Part shown: positions 38,642-50,186 of the stretch, piece after piece
How positions within the stretch are numbered: the first letter of the stretch is position 1
How the letters are laid out: every line of letters starts with the position of its first letter
Source: Octopus sinensis
Lineage: Eukaryota
Assembly (NCBI RefSeq): GCF_006345805.1
Contig: NC_042999.1
Coordinates: 138,632,001-138,696,000, forward strand
DNA: 64,000 nt
Direction: 5' to 3'
Position numbers and translations under genes: made by a program
The notes under the pieces: generated by a model
The model's input: only the letters and a program-made list of their open reading frames with translations
Databases searched by the model: none
Told to the model about the DNA's origin: nothing

Positions 38642-41600
38642 AATCTACTTTAAGTAATTTAAAAGTCAATTGAGACTTTAGTGTCTTTGTTAGGCATCAA
38701 ACAATATCAATAACACTAATATAAATCGCCTATAAAACAATTGTTTATAAGCAAGAAAATTAGTTTTACAGTTGCTTTGCAAGATTTGTGATGCATAATA
38801 TATACATGAGATTGTCAATCAAATTTATCAATTGAATTAAATTGTTTTATCAATTTATATTTTTAGGTCAGTCATCGATTTTTAGCTCTACAAATAAAAG
38901 CATTTTGATAAGAAAAAGGAAACAAAACATTTTACTGCTATTAATCTGAATCAAGTACAGATCCTATCATGTTGATGGTAGAATTGGTTAAAACAGGATT
39001 GCAATGTGAACTGTTACCATATAGGAGAATTTGAACTCAGTATTGTAATTAAATAAAAACTGAACACATAAACTGCTGTTTTAATAATGTACCATCAAAT
39101 CATTTGTAAATTTGCTATGATCAATTATTTGAAATCTACCAGGAAATAAAATTTATTTTTCTCAGAACCCCATTAGTAGCATAACTGTTACTAATGTGTT
39201 TTTACTGTGAAATTGTCCAATATTTTGACATACACAAAATATTCTAATTGGAATAAGCAAAAGTCTTACAATGGAGACTGGGAAAGAGAAACTATAATTG
39301 AAGTTACTAGCCCACTAGATATGATTTCAACTAGTTAGCAAACAGTAAAAAATATTGATGGATTTGCCATTTTAGAAGTAGTAACTTCTATATCCCAAAG
39401 GTTACAATACCCTCCAGCACATTGAAAGATCAATAATAAAATGAATGAATAGCTTAATGTATACAGTGCTCGGGTGTATTACATCTCATTGGAAAAGTGC
39501 AAAGGAAGGGACAAAAAGCAGCAATAAGTTAAGATAGCAATGATAGTGAGAAGTGCATGCATAGCACACAGGATATGACAACAATGTAAACAGTAAAAGA
39601 GCCATAAAAAGGGAAATGGGCACAGGCATATCAGGAGATGTGGTGGTAGATTTTAGGATGTATGGAATTTTTGAAGGAAACTGTCCTGACAACTATCAAT
39701 GCAGGTAATTTATTCTCTGCTTAAGTAATACTGAGCTTGTAAATAAGGTTTCCAGAAGTCATGGGTACCGTTTATTGATTTTATAAGCATGTCCAAAGAT
39801 GGTAGAGATATAGAATTTAAAAAAAGTGGCCAAAGTTCTTTATGGAATGGTAGTGGATAATCTTGGATGCTCTATCAAGTCAGTTGTGAGACTGGAGTTT
39901 TAGTGTGTTGATGCCCAGAAAAGAAAAATAAATATTCAAGATATAGTGACTGACAGAGTATTCATCTAGTTGTACATCTCTGAACAGCTTCCAGTAGAAT
40001 GATATTCAGAACAAGATGGCGGGGAAAGGGAAGAGTGGAGATGCATACAGTAGTGTGGACATACTACAGCCATATATAACTTTAAATAGATAGTATGCTA
40101 ACGGTCCACGAAGATCTTGCTGAATGATGCTAAGACCCCTTCAATCTTCTATCTGTTGCTTAATTATAGAAGACTCTTAAGTTATTTTTAGTTAGATTGA
40201 AAAATATCTCCACAGTTTGAATGTTAATTTGTAATGTAGCAATGGAAATATTTAAAATTTAAGTCAGAATGTGACTTTTGTTGCCTGTATTTCAACAATA
40301 AAATTTACTTGGACTAAAAAGAGACTGTGTTCCATTCTATAGCAAAGAATCTGAAGAAAATACCTACATACCAATGCTAGATACCAAATCATCAAATCCT
40401 CCAATAAAAAAAAAAAATCCATATCTAATCGCATTTTTAATATTGAACATAATATATTTTGAAACCTATGTTTGGGTCACAAGAGAAATGTCCAGCACTC
40501 TTCATCAAAAAGAAAGTAAACACCTTTGAAATTTCACTTAAATATGTAACATAGATAAAGAAAAAAATGCATTTATAAATGAAGAAAATATTTTATTTTT
40601 AGTGTAATGATTAATCCAATTCTGTCAGTTTTATTTTTTTTATTTATTCTTAATTTTTGGCACAATTCCAAACCAAATAGTTCAAGCAATACTCTTCTAG
40701 ACAGAATGAAGATTGAAGCTACTTTAAAAATAATATCAAATTAAAAATAATACACAGTAGAGAAGAAAGGGTCAAAGTGTTACATTACCAAAATGAATAG
40801 TTATATATTTTACAACAGAAATGTTCATTTTTGTCATTATCAAATATCAAACTTAAATAATTATACTTTCATTTTGTGTGTGCCTGTATTTCTGTTGAGA
40901 GTAGATTATTGGCAAGGAAAATTAATAAAAATAGTTTTACAAGAATATAAGTACTTTGTTTCGTTTTGGCAAGTTTTTTAAAAAATTTTTTATTCAAAAA
41001 CATTCAGTAAAAAACAGATATGAAAATAAAATGAATAGAGTTGAAAAAAATACCCAAGAAACTTGTAGTTTCGAAAATAAATATTTTAAAAATTTCAGTA
41101 AATCCATCCCACTCACTCGCAATCTTTTCTATCAAAGTACAAAAATGTATAAAACCTTTGATATTGTGTATGATGGTTTATAAAATAAAAATTGTTTTAA
41201 GGCAGATCTAAATGTTTTACTAATTTTTTTGTACAGGGAAATAATTTAACAGACTCGAAGCCAGTCTTGGGGGTGGGTATAAGCAATTAGATCAACCCTA
41301 CTACTTGACTAATACTTATTGACCATAAGGGATTTGAACAACAAAGGTTGTTAGAAGGGATGTAACTCAGTATTGCAAGGAGTTTGAAACAACACTATCA
41401 ACCATCTTTTAAGAAATTATTCAACAGAAAAATGTAAAGATTTGAGAAATTCTAAAATATCAAAACTAAAATTTCATAGTATGTATATGATTTCCTCTCC
41501 TGTGTTTTTTTCTATGAGTTTATTTTTTTTCCTTTCTAAAGAAAGCAATGGTTAACATTCCAAGAATCGAAGATCAAAACTTTAACTGTTCAATAGTTCA

Positions 41601-42221
41601 AAGTAAATCCATGATTCCTATCACATAACTAGTTGGGTGATAGGCACGATTCCGTTCCTAACAATGGTAAATTTACTCCTTATACTTGAAAAAAATTTTA
41701 AAGGCACTGCTGGGCTGGCTTTGGATTTAATGCGATCTCATCCTGGTCATTGTTAGATTTTAGTATGTTAAAAAAATTATAACGTTTCATAGATATGTAC
41801 ACATACATTGTGTGCACAGGTATCTTGCCTTTAAAAATATATGCTCTGTTTTTGTGTTGCAAGAAGTGACTAAAAGGATTGGCAACAGGAAGGGTACTGC
41901 CTCAAAAAGTAGAACAATAATGGGTAGAAAGAATGTCACAGGACACACAAAGCTAACTTCCTATTTAGCTGAGAAGCAGCTTAATATATGTGTGTATGTG
42001 TGTGCGTGCATGTGTGCACACGTGTATGAGAGAGAGGGGAAAGAAAAATGTTTAATAAAGAAGAATGCAAGCCCAAAAGTTCAAAGTAAAGGAGTCGAAA
42101 GTAATTTCAAACAGTGAAAAATGCAAATATTTTTTTACCCATTTAAATTTTTTTTTAAAGATAAATAATAATAATTAGACATAGAAAGATTGAAATCTAG
42201 TTCCTACATAGCAACTCAAGG

Positions 42222-42340
42222 TTAGAAATCTGTGCATCCAGAATCTTCAGGTACTTTAGCTTTCTGGATGACTCTCATAGACCGAGATTGGCGTGGTAAA
42301 GACTTTGTTGATCTATCCTCATCTTCACTTGGGTTTTCAC
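42222..42340 (-). CDS. Terminal coding exon (E) of the repeat-motif gene: (S)ENPSEDEDRSTKSLPRQSRSMRVIQKAKVPEDSGCTDF*
   Basis: Acceptor tctctttatatctgctgcAG|GT. Phase 1, 119 nt to TAA (42224-42222). Carries the motif variant QSRSMRVIQ. Confidence 0.8.
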
Positions 42341-43499
42341 CTGCAGCAGATATAAAGAGAAAAACAATCAGAAACATGATTAATCAAAGATTAGCCTTTA
42401 AAGCTCTAATTGTTGAATTACCTTCTACAAGAAAGCCATAGCATCATGACACAAAAATGAAGTTTAAAGTGGTAGTCAGAAAACTTAATTTTAAGACCAT
42501 AGTGAGAAATTTTAGACTAAGTTTCATCATCATCGTTTAACGTCTGCTTTCCACGCTAGCATGGATTGGACGATTTAACTGAGGACTGGTGAACCAGATG
42601 GCTGCATCAAATATATTTTAATGACAAATGTACCAAGTGACCACATTCATCCATATATGCAGTAGTATCTAATTTTTGTTTTTGATCTAAACAAGTCAAT
42701 ATTTTAAGCATCAAAGGGCTTTTAAAGACTAGATTTGGCTCTGCTTTCATGTCATCTAAACCAGGTACTTATGTCATTCTCTTTGATGAGAAACCAATTT
42801 ATTATAGATAATATTCTAGAGATGACATGGATATCTCGAAAGTTGAGCTGGTCCTGCAAAATTAAATGTGTTCCCCAAATACATAAAATGTTTTGGTTGT
42901 CCATTATTAGGCTACACAGTCATTTTTCAACAACAAATGAATCCATGAAAGAGCATGTACATGGCTACTTGTCCTGCTAGAGCCAAATCTCTACCAAATA
43001 AAATTATTGTCTCCCAAAAGGTACATATCTGATATCAGTTCTATAGCTCTAGGAAATAAATAATAAAGAATGGCCATAAAATAACTTCTATTTGATATTC
43101 AGGCTGATCTGGAGCTGAACAACAAAGGGCTTCGAGGTTTGTTTAGACTATCCATGCTTACTATTTTACTGCCTTCTGTGTTGAGGGCACCAACCCTTTG
43201 TGATAGAAGTCCTACATTAAGTTTAAAAGTACTGGTGGGTGGATATTTATTGATAAAAAGGAATGGTAACACACCATAGAACTGATGAGAATTTCATTGC
43301 CTTGTGCTGAATTCAGATATTTGTGTTAAATCTACTTCATTATAAAACTTGTCAAATTACCAATGCCAACTAAAAGATGGAGCAGTTTTGATTTTGTCTA
43401 ATTCTTAAATTAAGCAATGGACAGATTTTTACCAATGAATAATATTTCTAATAGGTCTTATATTTCTATAAACGAATAACTTGTGAAAATGTCATCATT

Positions 43500-43728
43500 C
43501 ATAACGGATACAAGGAGGTACTGCAATGTTTCTGGCTTTAAGGATATTGCAAAAAGCCTGGTTTGAGGCCCAACCTTCTGAGTTCCTTTACAGGGCTTAG
43601 AAAAACCAAAGGACTGCTGCAATAAGTGTGAATCTGAGAGGGAAAAGTGTTGAATAAAATCATAATTAACTGATCCTCCTGTATTTTCTTTTACCCAAAC
43701 CCAGGAACTTTTCAAGACACCCCTCATA
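43500..43728 (-). mobile_element. mariner-family non-autonomous fragment (one TIR)
   Basis: Minus strand tatgaggggtgtcttgaaaagttcc resembles the mariner end at 34916-34940. No second TIR found. Confidence 0.45.
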
Positions 43729-43782
43729 ATTACGGCAATATTAAAAACAGTGTATATCAAATAATAAACTTTAATTACTTAC

Positions 43783-43947
43783 TGCTTGTTGGTTCAATAG
43801 GATCTGATCCTCCAACACTCATTTGTAGTACTTTGAAGACACGTGAAGGGATATGACCACCCGAGTATCGTACCTCTACTGGACCATCACTTTTGTCCTC
43901 ATCCTCCTCTATTGGTGGGCGTTTGGGTTTTGATCTAGATTTCCTCA
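43783..43947 (-). CDS. Coding exon D: (M)RKSRSKPKRPPIEEDEDKSDGPVEVRYSGGHIPSRVFKVLQMSVGGSDPIEPTS
   Basis: tatcttcatttAG| acceptor and |GTAAGT donor. 165 nt, phase 1-1, open frame, contains the motif. Confidence 0.88.
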
Positions 43948-46055
43948 CTAAATGAAGATAACAGAAGGTTTCTAATAAACAAAATGTACAATTTAAAACC
44001 TGATCATAGGTCAACAAACAATACCTATGAATATTCCTTTTTCACTTTCAAATTACTCTTTTCCTTTTATATTTTCTTTCTCTGAAAAACTTTAAAAAAA
44101 AATGTAAAGAAGCAACTTGGGTAAGAATGTACAATCAAGAGAACTTGTAGAAGGAAATAAAATAATTATTGATTATAGTGTGCGTATAAGGGCTCACAAC
44201 ATACTTATTGGTGCAAGATATTAGAGTTATATCAAGAACAAATAAGAACACTGCCAGAAGGCACAGCGATTTCTCATTCCAATAAATTTTATGAAGACAT
44301 CAGAAAAAGATTTAAGAATATCATAAAGAAAAGCAACAAAAATGTAACAAAACCCTTTAAGTTCAAACCCTACAGGATAATTTTTCCTTTGTAGCATCAT
44401 ACCTTCATTTTGTTACTGACATGTTCCACCAAAATGGGGTTTACCAATATTTTGAAGATTCTGAAAACTTATCTGCCATGAGAAGACTAAACCAGAAAAG
44501 ATTTTACTGAAAAAAACCACCATGTTAATTTTCTGCAAATATATAAATACTGAAAGTTGAAACTGTCACATCTCCCATATTTTATTTTTACCATTACTAC
44601 AATGGCTTTGGCTCTTTCAACTAAATGCACTGCCTAGCTTATCAATTGGCCCAAATGTTTCTGAATCCTTGACCAAACATTTTTATCAGTCTTTCCTCAT
44701 CCAAAGTGCATCTGCTTGAAACTTCCTAACCAACTTTTTGCTCAATAAATAATATACCATTATTTAAACTGAACAAAGCACTGATTTAAAACAGAAAATG
44801 AATAATTTAATAATTATATATAACTCCATGCTTGAGTTTTCCCATCCTAAAATTCAAATTTAACAGTAATATATTACCTAAGTCACTTAGATTTGGGTAT
44901 ACATTTTATTATGTACAAATGTTACTCCACCTTCTCAGGCTAATTTTAAAGATGCTTATTACAAGTAGTTTGTATATTACATAACCAACCCCAGATATGT
45001 ATAAAATTGAATATAAATAACTTTTAGTGAATTCAATTACTGAGACAATTCAAACTATTTTATAAAAAGAATTATGGACAGTAGGCTCTAAATCAGTTAT
45101 GGTAATAAAATCTGGCAATATCACAAATATCTGGATTCTTCAGTGTGAAATATTACCAATCACTTATTTAATTTTAATTTGACCAAGTTATTGTTAGTCA
45201 TCGAGAGATTTTAATTGATACCTAAGCAGTCAAGTTCCATCATAATAAAGCTTCTACATGTTTATATTGACTACTAGAAATAGCTGGCAAATCTCCCTCA
45301 AATCAAACTAAAAAGTAGGGATGGATATATTGGATAATGCAGTTTTAAATATGTTATGAGATAGCAATGACACTGATCATAGATCTGTGCAGATAAGGAT
45401 GATCTGTGACTATACTTTAACTAGCTTTTGTCATAAAGAGGTTTGGGCAAGGTTATGAAATGCAGTGCTATTACAGCTTGTGTCACTTAACTATTTCAAG
45501 AAATATCAGTTTTCTTGCAAGAATGATGATAAAGGTTAGCAAACTTAGTTTCACATTCTTTGTTAGAGATTTTCCCCAAACCTCAAAGAATTCCTATTTA
45601 AATGCCTGAACTTTAAATCAGTGTCTAAGTATTGTACATGTTGCAGAAACAAGCAGCAATACCTTTTAGCAAAAAAAAAACTGTTACAGATAATATTTAA
45701 TTATAGCCAGCTATGACTGTCCTTAAAAAGCAAACATTCTTCATATAAATGCCTTGTAGCTGTTACAGATGTGATAGGTTTTAATTTATATTGTCAACTG
45801 CAACCTCATCAATACTATCAGTGAGTGCCAACAATTATGTTGATAGTTACTGACATGTAGTCTCAAGACATTTTAATTTTTCCCCACTTCTAGCATCATC
45901 TAACACATTAGCTTCAGATTTTACCAATACCTTTATTTTTTCTGACTAAAAGCTTTACTGAGGAGTTGATGAAATAGCCTTTTAAGAAATAGCACCTAAA
46001 TCTTTCTAGAATTATGCACCATATCATCTTAAAACAGTGCAGGAGATTAGAAAAT

Positions 46056-46460
46056 TTCTTTATTGCCTACAGGGTGCTAAACATGGAGAGGATAAATAAG
46101 GACAGACAAAGGGATTAAGTCGATTACATCGATCCCAGTGCATAACTGGTACTTAATTTATCGACTCCGAAAGGATGAAAGGCAAAGTCGACCTCGGCGG
46201 AATTTGAACTCAGAACGTAATGGCAGACGAAATACCTATTTCTTTACTACCCACAAGGGACTAAACACAGAGGACAAACAAGGACAGACAAACGGAATAA
46301 GTCGATTATATCGATCCCAGTGCATAACTGGTACTTATTTAATCGACCCCAAAAGGATGAAAGGCAAAGTCGACCTCAGCAGAATTTGAACTCAGAATGT
46401 AATGGCAGATGAAATACTGCTAAGCATTTCGCCCGCATGCTAACGTTTGTACCACCACTC
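46056..46460 (-). mobile_element. Head-to-tail dimer of SINE family A with one 18-bp TSD
   Basis: Two family A bodies, the second lacking its 5' head. TGCAGGAGATTAGAAAAT (46038-46055) versus TGCAGGACATTAGAAAAT (46461-46478). Confidence 0.85.
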
Positions 46461-46599
46461 TGCAGGACATTAGAAAATGAAGACCTAAAAACAATGAGTA
46501 GAAAATTAGGCTAACATATTCAGGCTGATTTGAGGATAAACTAGCCACTTATTTGGATGTACATTCAACTCCATAGCTCCTTATGAAACTGATTTTCAA

Positions 46600-47520
46600 C
46601 TGATCACAAGATTTAGCAAAAATCTCTGATAGACTTGTGAATACCAAGTTAAAACCATAATTATTGAACAAAACAATGAATGAGAAGCACTTGTTACTTT
46701 GAAAATGCTCTCAAACAGAAATACTACAACAGGGTCAGGGGAAAGAAAGGTACCTATGGTTATTTCTATTTCCTTCCTGAATTGAAGGAGGTGCCCCTTC
46801 AGGGCCACTTGCCACAGTTTAATGACAAGAACCAGTAAAAGAATAGAGTCCACACATTGCAAGTTTATAGCATTGTTTAGTATGCTGAGTTAATAGCAGA
46901 ATTTTCAACAGTGGTTGCACAAGTTTTGGATGGAAGACTTGATCCATTGCCCGTTTACCACCACTTAACGCAATGTACAGTTAGAACATTTAAGTGGAGT
47001 TTACTCTGTTGCAAGCATTTGGGTTAGGTTTAAATATAACTTGCACCCTTCCAATAGTCTCAGAGGACCTGAAAAATATAGGCACTGCCCTTCTTCTGGT
47101 TTAGCTATTGAAAAGTCTTAATATATGCAGTCCTGGATTGTGGACTTCCTAAGTATAACAACCATGCAACATTTAGCTTGTTATTGACTATTTGATCAAT
47201 GTTTTCACATTGATCTGAAATTCAATTCCGTTTGTTTTCCCTATTCTTCCATTTATCCTTAAGATACAGCCAGACTTACTTAACAGCAGATTTCCTACTG
47301 CTCTGATATTTTTATTTTATATTTCAACTTTAGGTTATTTTGAGTATCACAAGGATCGATGATATTGTCTATGCCTCATTGCTCAATATGCTGTCTTCTC
47401 TTCTCCAATAATATCTGTAGCTTTCCAAGTTATAAGTGGATTAATATCATCTATCAGTAGGTTGAAAACTACAAACACTACAAATAATGCCTTAAAGCTG
47501 TTGCAAATGTGATTTTTCAT
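46600..47520 (-). mobile_element. Highly degenerate CR1/L2-like LINE RT remnant
   Basis: Faint motifs: VFNLLIDDINP (cf. LFNIFINDL) near 47440-47470 and ETIGRVQ (cf. LERVQ) near 47045-47065. Confidence 0.35.
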
Positions 47521-48016
47521 TTTTTTTTTTAACTTCAGTTAAAACTTCAATAGTCTTGCTTTGAATGCCAACAACAATCATATTGACTTAATTGCTAGCT
47601 TTATGGCTTCAATTTGAAAAGTTTGAAGTGCATCCTGCTGTGATGGATGATGAATAACCTAGTCACAGCAGATGGACAAAAATCATGTTACAAAAAGAAT
47701 CAGGTTAGAAAAAAATTTATAACTTCAGTAAGAAAACACGATCTGTGTGGCACAAATAAGAAACTTGGACTTTCCTAAACGAAGTATTTACATAAAGCTA
47801 CACAAAACTACAACCTAAAACAAAAAATGATATCCACACAGATACACATACACAGATGTATATGTGCATATGCCTTCATGTGTATGTATATAGATATGTG
47901 TGTGCATAGATAAATACAGGTATATCAAATATACACCAATTTATTTATTTTAAATTATCTCTGCTTTTAAAGAATGTGTCATAATTCTTAAATGGCAATT
48001 AAGGCCAACTCCATAA

Positions 48017-48495
48017 GAAAAGAGGAGATAATCTCAAGAATCAATCTCCAATGTTGAAAATCCACAAAGGAAAAGGACAAGTTTGTCGGGAGACAACAAC
48101 TGTGAACATGTTTCTGCTTCTGTAAACATCATCAGCACAACAACTGTGTCCTGCACTAGCTCCAGCAGCATAAAAAAAAAAAAAAAAAAAAAAAAAGAGC
48201 AGTACACATTTACGGCTTATGTTAATATACATAATTTTAAACAAGAATGAGCTAAGAAAAACAACTCAGGATGGCTAGTGCATGTGCTTGAACAATATAG
48301 AGATGTTCTGCTTTTTTTGTATATGTCCACGTCTCTTGGCTATTGGAGAAAAGGTAAGATACTTGTCATACTGATGGTTATTAGGATAGAAAAATAATCA
48401 CAACTGTCCTCTTTTCTCCAGACAATAATCTTGTCTTTTACATTATGGCATGTCAACATTAGAGAATTTGATTCTCAAGATTATCTCCCCTTCTC
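48017..48495. mobile_element. Old MITE-like element with long imperfect TIRs
   Basis: gaaaagaggagataatctcaagaatcaatctccaatgttga (48017-48058) versus the reverse complement of 48452-48495, gagaaggggagataatcttgagaatcaaattctctaatgttgac. Weaker pairing extends ~40 bp inward. Confidence 0.65.
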
Positions 48496-49261
48496 ACAAA
48501 GTACTCATTTTGATTGTCATTTGGCAGTTTCTGTTAGCTCATTTTTAAAGATATATCTGCAATAACGATATATTTTCTTTTAAAAAGACAACTGTAAGCT
48601 TAACAAATTGTACAGCAAATGACATCTGCAGTCAAACTATTTTATGTGACTGCAAAAACACACACACACACAACTACTTTACATAGACTATTCGGATCTA
48701 GCTAATTCCTCACATACATTACAGTTAACTGGTCAAAAATAGAAAGAATATCCATTTGCAAAAGCAACTCATCCAACAATATGCAAATTGTTCAAATAAT
48801 CATTCTTTTATGAAAAATGATCTCTCACATATACAAGACAGTTTGAAAACTAAAAAGATTAGAAATGTAAAAATACATATCTAAGCCATCTTAAATGGAG
48901 ATGCACTTCAATTCTTCATAAAAAAATGTTATAGATTGGTTTCTGATCGGAACTAGCTGGTAAAAACAGAATTAATAATAGTTATTTATAACTAATCCAT
49001 GTGTAACATTAGTTACATACTAAACTATAATCTGTCATTAACAAAATGTTACTAGGTAGAAATTAACAAAGGTAAAATGACTAGTTCCTGACTATTTTGC
49101 TCTTGTTGGTTTAAGAACTTGGGCAGTACTTATAATATGAATTTCACATCAAGACTAGACATGTTTTAAACAACATTTGAAATTCTGACACAAACGATTT
49201 TTACACATGAAAGTCTAAGATAATAAACTTATTGCTTGAGGAAAGGCAAGCATTACAGGGG

Positions 49262-49490
49262 CGGGGGTCATATTTAAGATGGTAAGCTGGCAAAAATCAT
49301 TAGCATGCTGGACAGAATGCTTAAAAGCATTTTGTCTGTCTTTACATTCTGAGTTCAAATTCTACTTAGGCCAACTTTGCTTTTCATTCTTTTGAGGTTG
49401 ATAAATTAAGTACCGGTTGAGCATGGGGTTAGTGTAAGCAACTCCCTTCTACATAATTTCAAGCCTTGTGCCTGCAGTAAGAAGGATTAA
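49262..49490 (+). mobile_element. SINE family A, decayed
   Basis: taagctggcaaaaatcattagcatgctgg...gagttcaaattctacttaggccaactttgcttttcattc matches family A. Confidence 0.7.
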
Positions 49491-50042
49491 GATTTTGGGT
49501 GCAAAACGTCAAAGAAGTAAATATAATAAACTGCTACCATAACTTTGCTTATGCTACATTGCTGAGTAGACAATTCATTGCCCAGTTTATCTCTTACAAC
49601 CTGGTCTTGAGGACTAACAAACTCCTCTTTGTTGCAAGCATTTAGGCCAAATACTTGATCTATAGATCATTTGCTCCCTTCCTTCCACTAATCTCAGAAC
49701 CCTTGTAAAGTATCACTGGTGTTGCTCTTCCTCTTCTAATTAAACCATAAAAAGCAAAGAACTGGTTTTAAGGTGGTAACGAGGGGAAAGGGAAATCAAG
49801 ACGGGACTGGCATCATATTACTAAAAGGTCCAATTCCTAATCCTGACAGAAAGGTGGAGTAAGATGTATAGAATTAAAAGTACTTTTCTCAGAATAAAAT
49901 CATACGCACGTGTGTACAGAATGGAAATATTCAACATCTCAGAGAGAAAGAGTGACAGAAAGAGAGAGATTCAGATTCTTTGAAATTCATCAATACTGTG
50001 GTGTTAGAATATTGCATATTGTTCAACAGTTGCATCACTTAC

Positions 50043-50186
50043 TTTTAGGACTAGGGAGTACATCTTTGTCAGCCCAAGCTTTCAATACCTGGAATGTTGG
50101 GGATGGAATGCATTTGCCTGTATAGCGGATTGAAGTATTCATAACAGAGTTGCCTACAGTTTCTTCTTCAGTATCCAAGCCAGAAT
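50043..50186 (-). CDS. Coding exon C: (D)SGLDTEEETVGNSVMNTSIRYTGKCIPSPTFQVLKAWADKDVLPSPK
   Basis: ataccatttAG| acceptor and |GTAAGT donor. 144 nt, phase 1-1, open frame, contains the motif. Too short for the ORF track. Confidence 0.88.

Noticed and set aside
39658-39706. Plus-strand 48-nt AG..GT segment (MYGIFEGNCPDNYQC)
   Set aside because: Weak acceptor, no partner exons and no recognisable family; chance occurrence is likely.
48041-48244. 67-aa minus-strand ORF after a poly-T tract as an extra exon
   Set aside because: Lies inside the TIR element 48017-48495, has no good donor and lacks the gene's motif.
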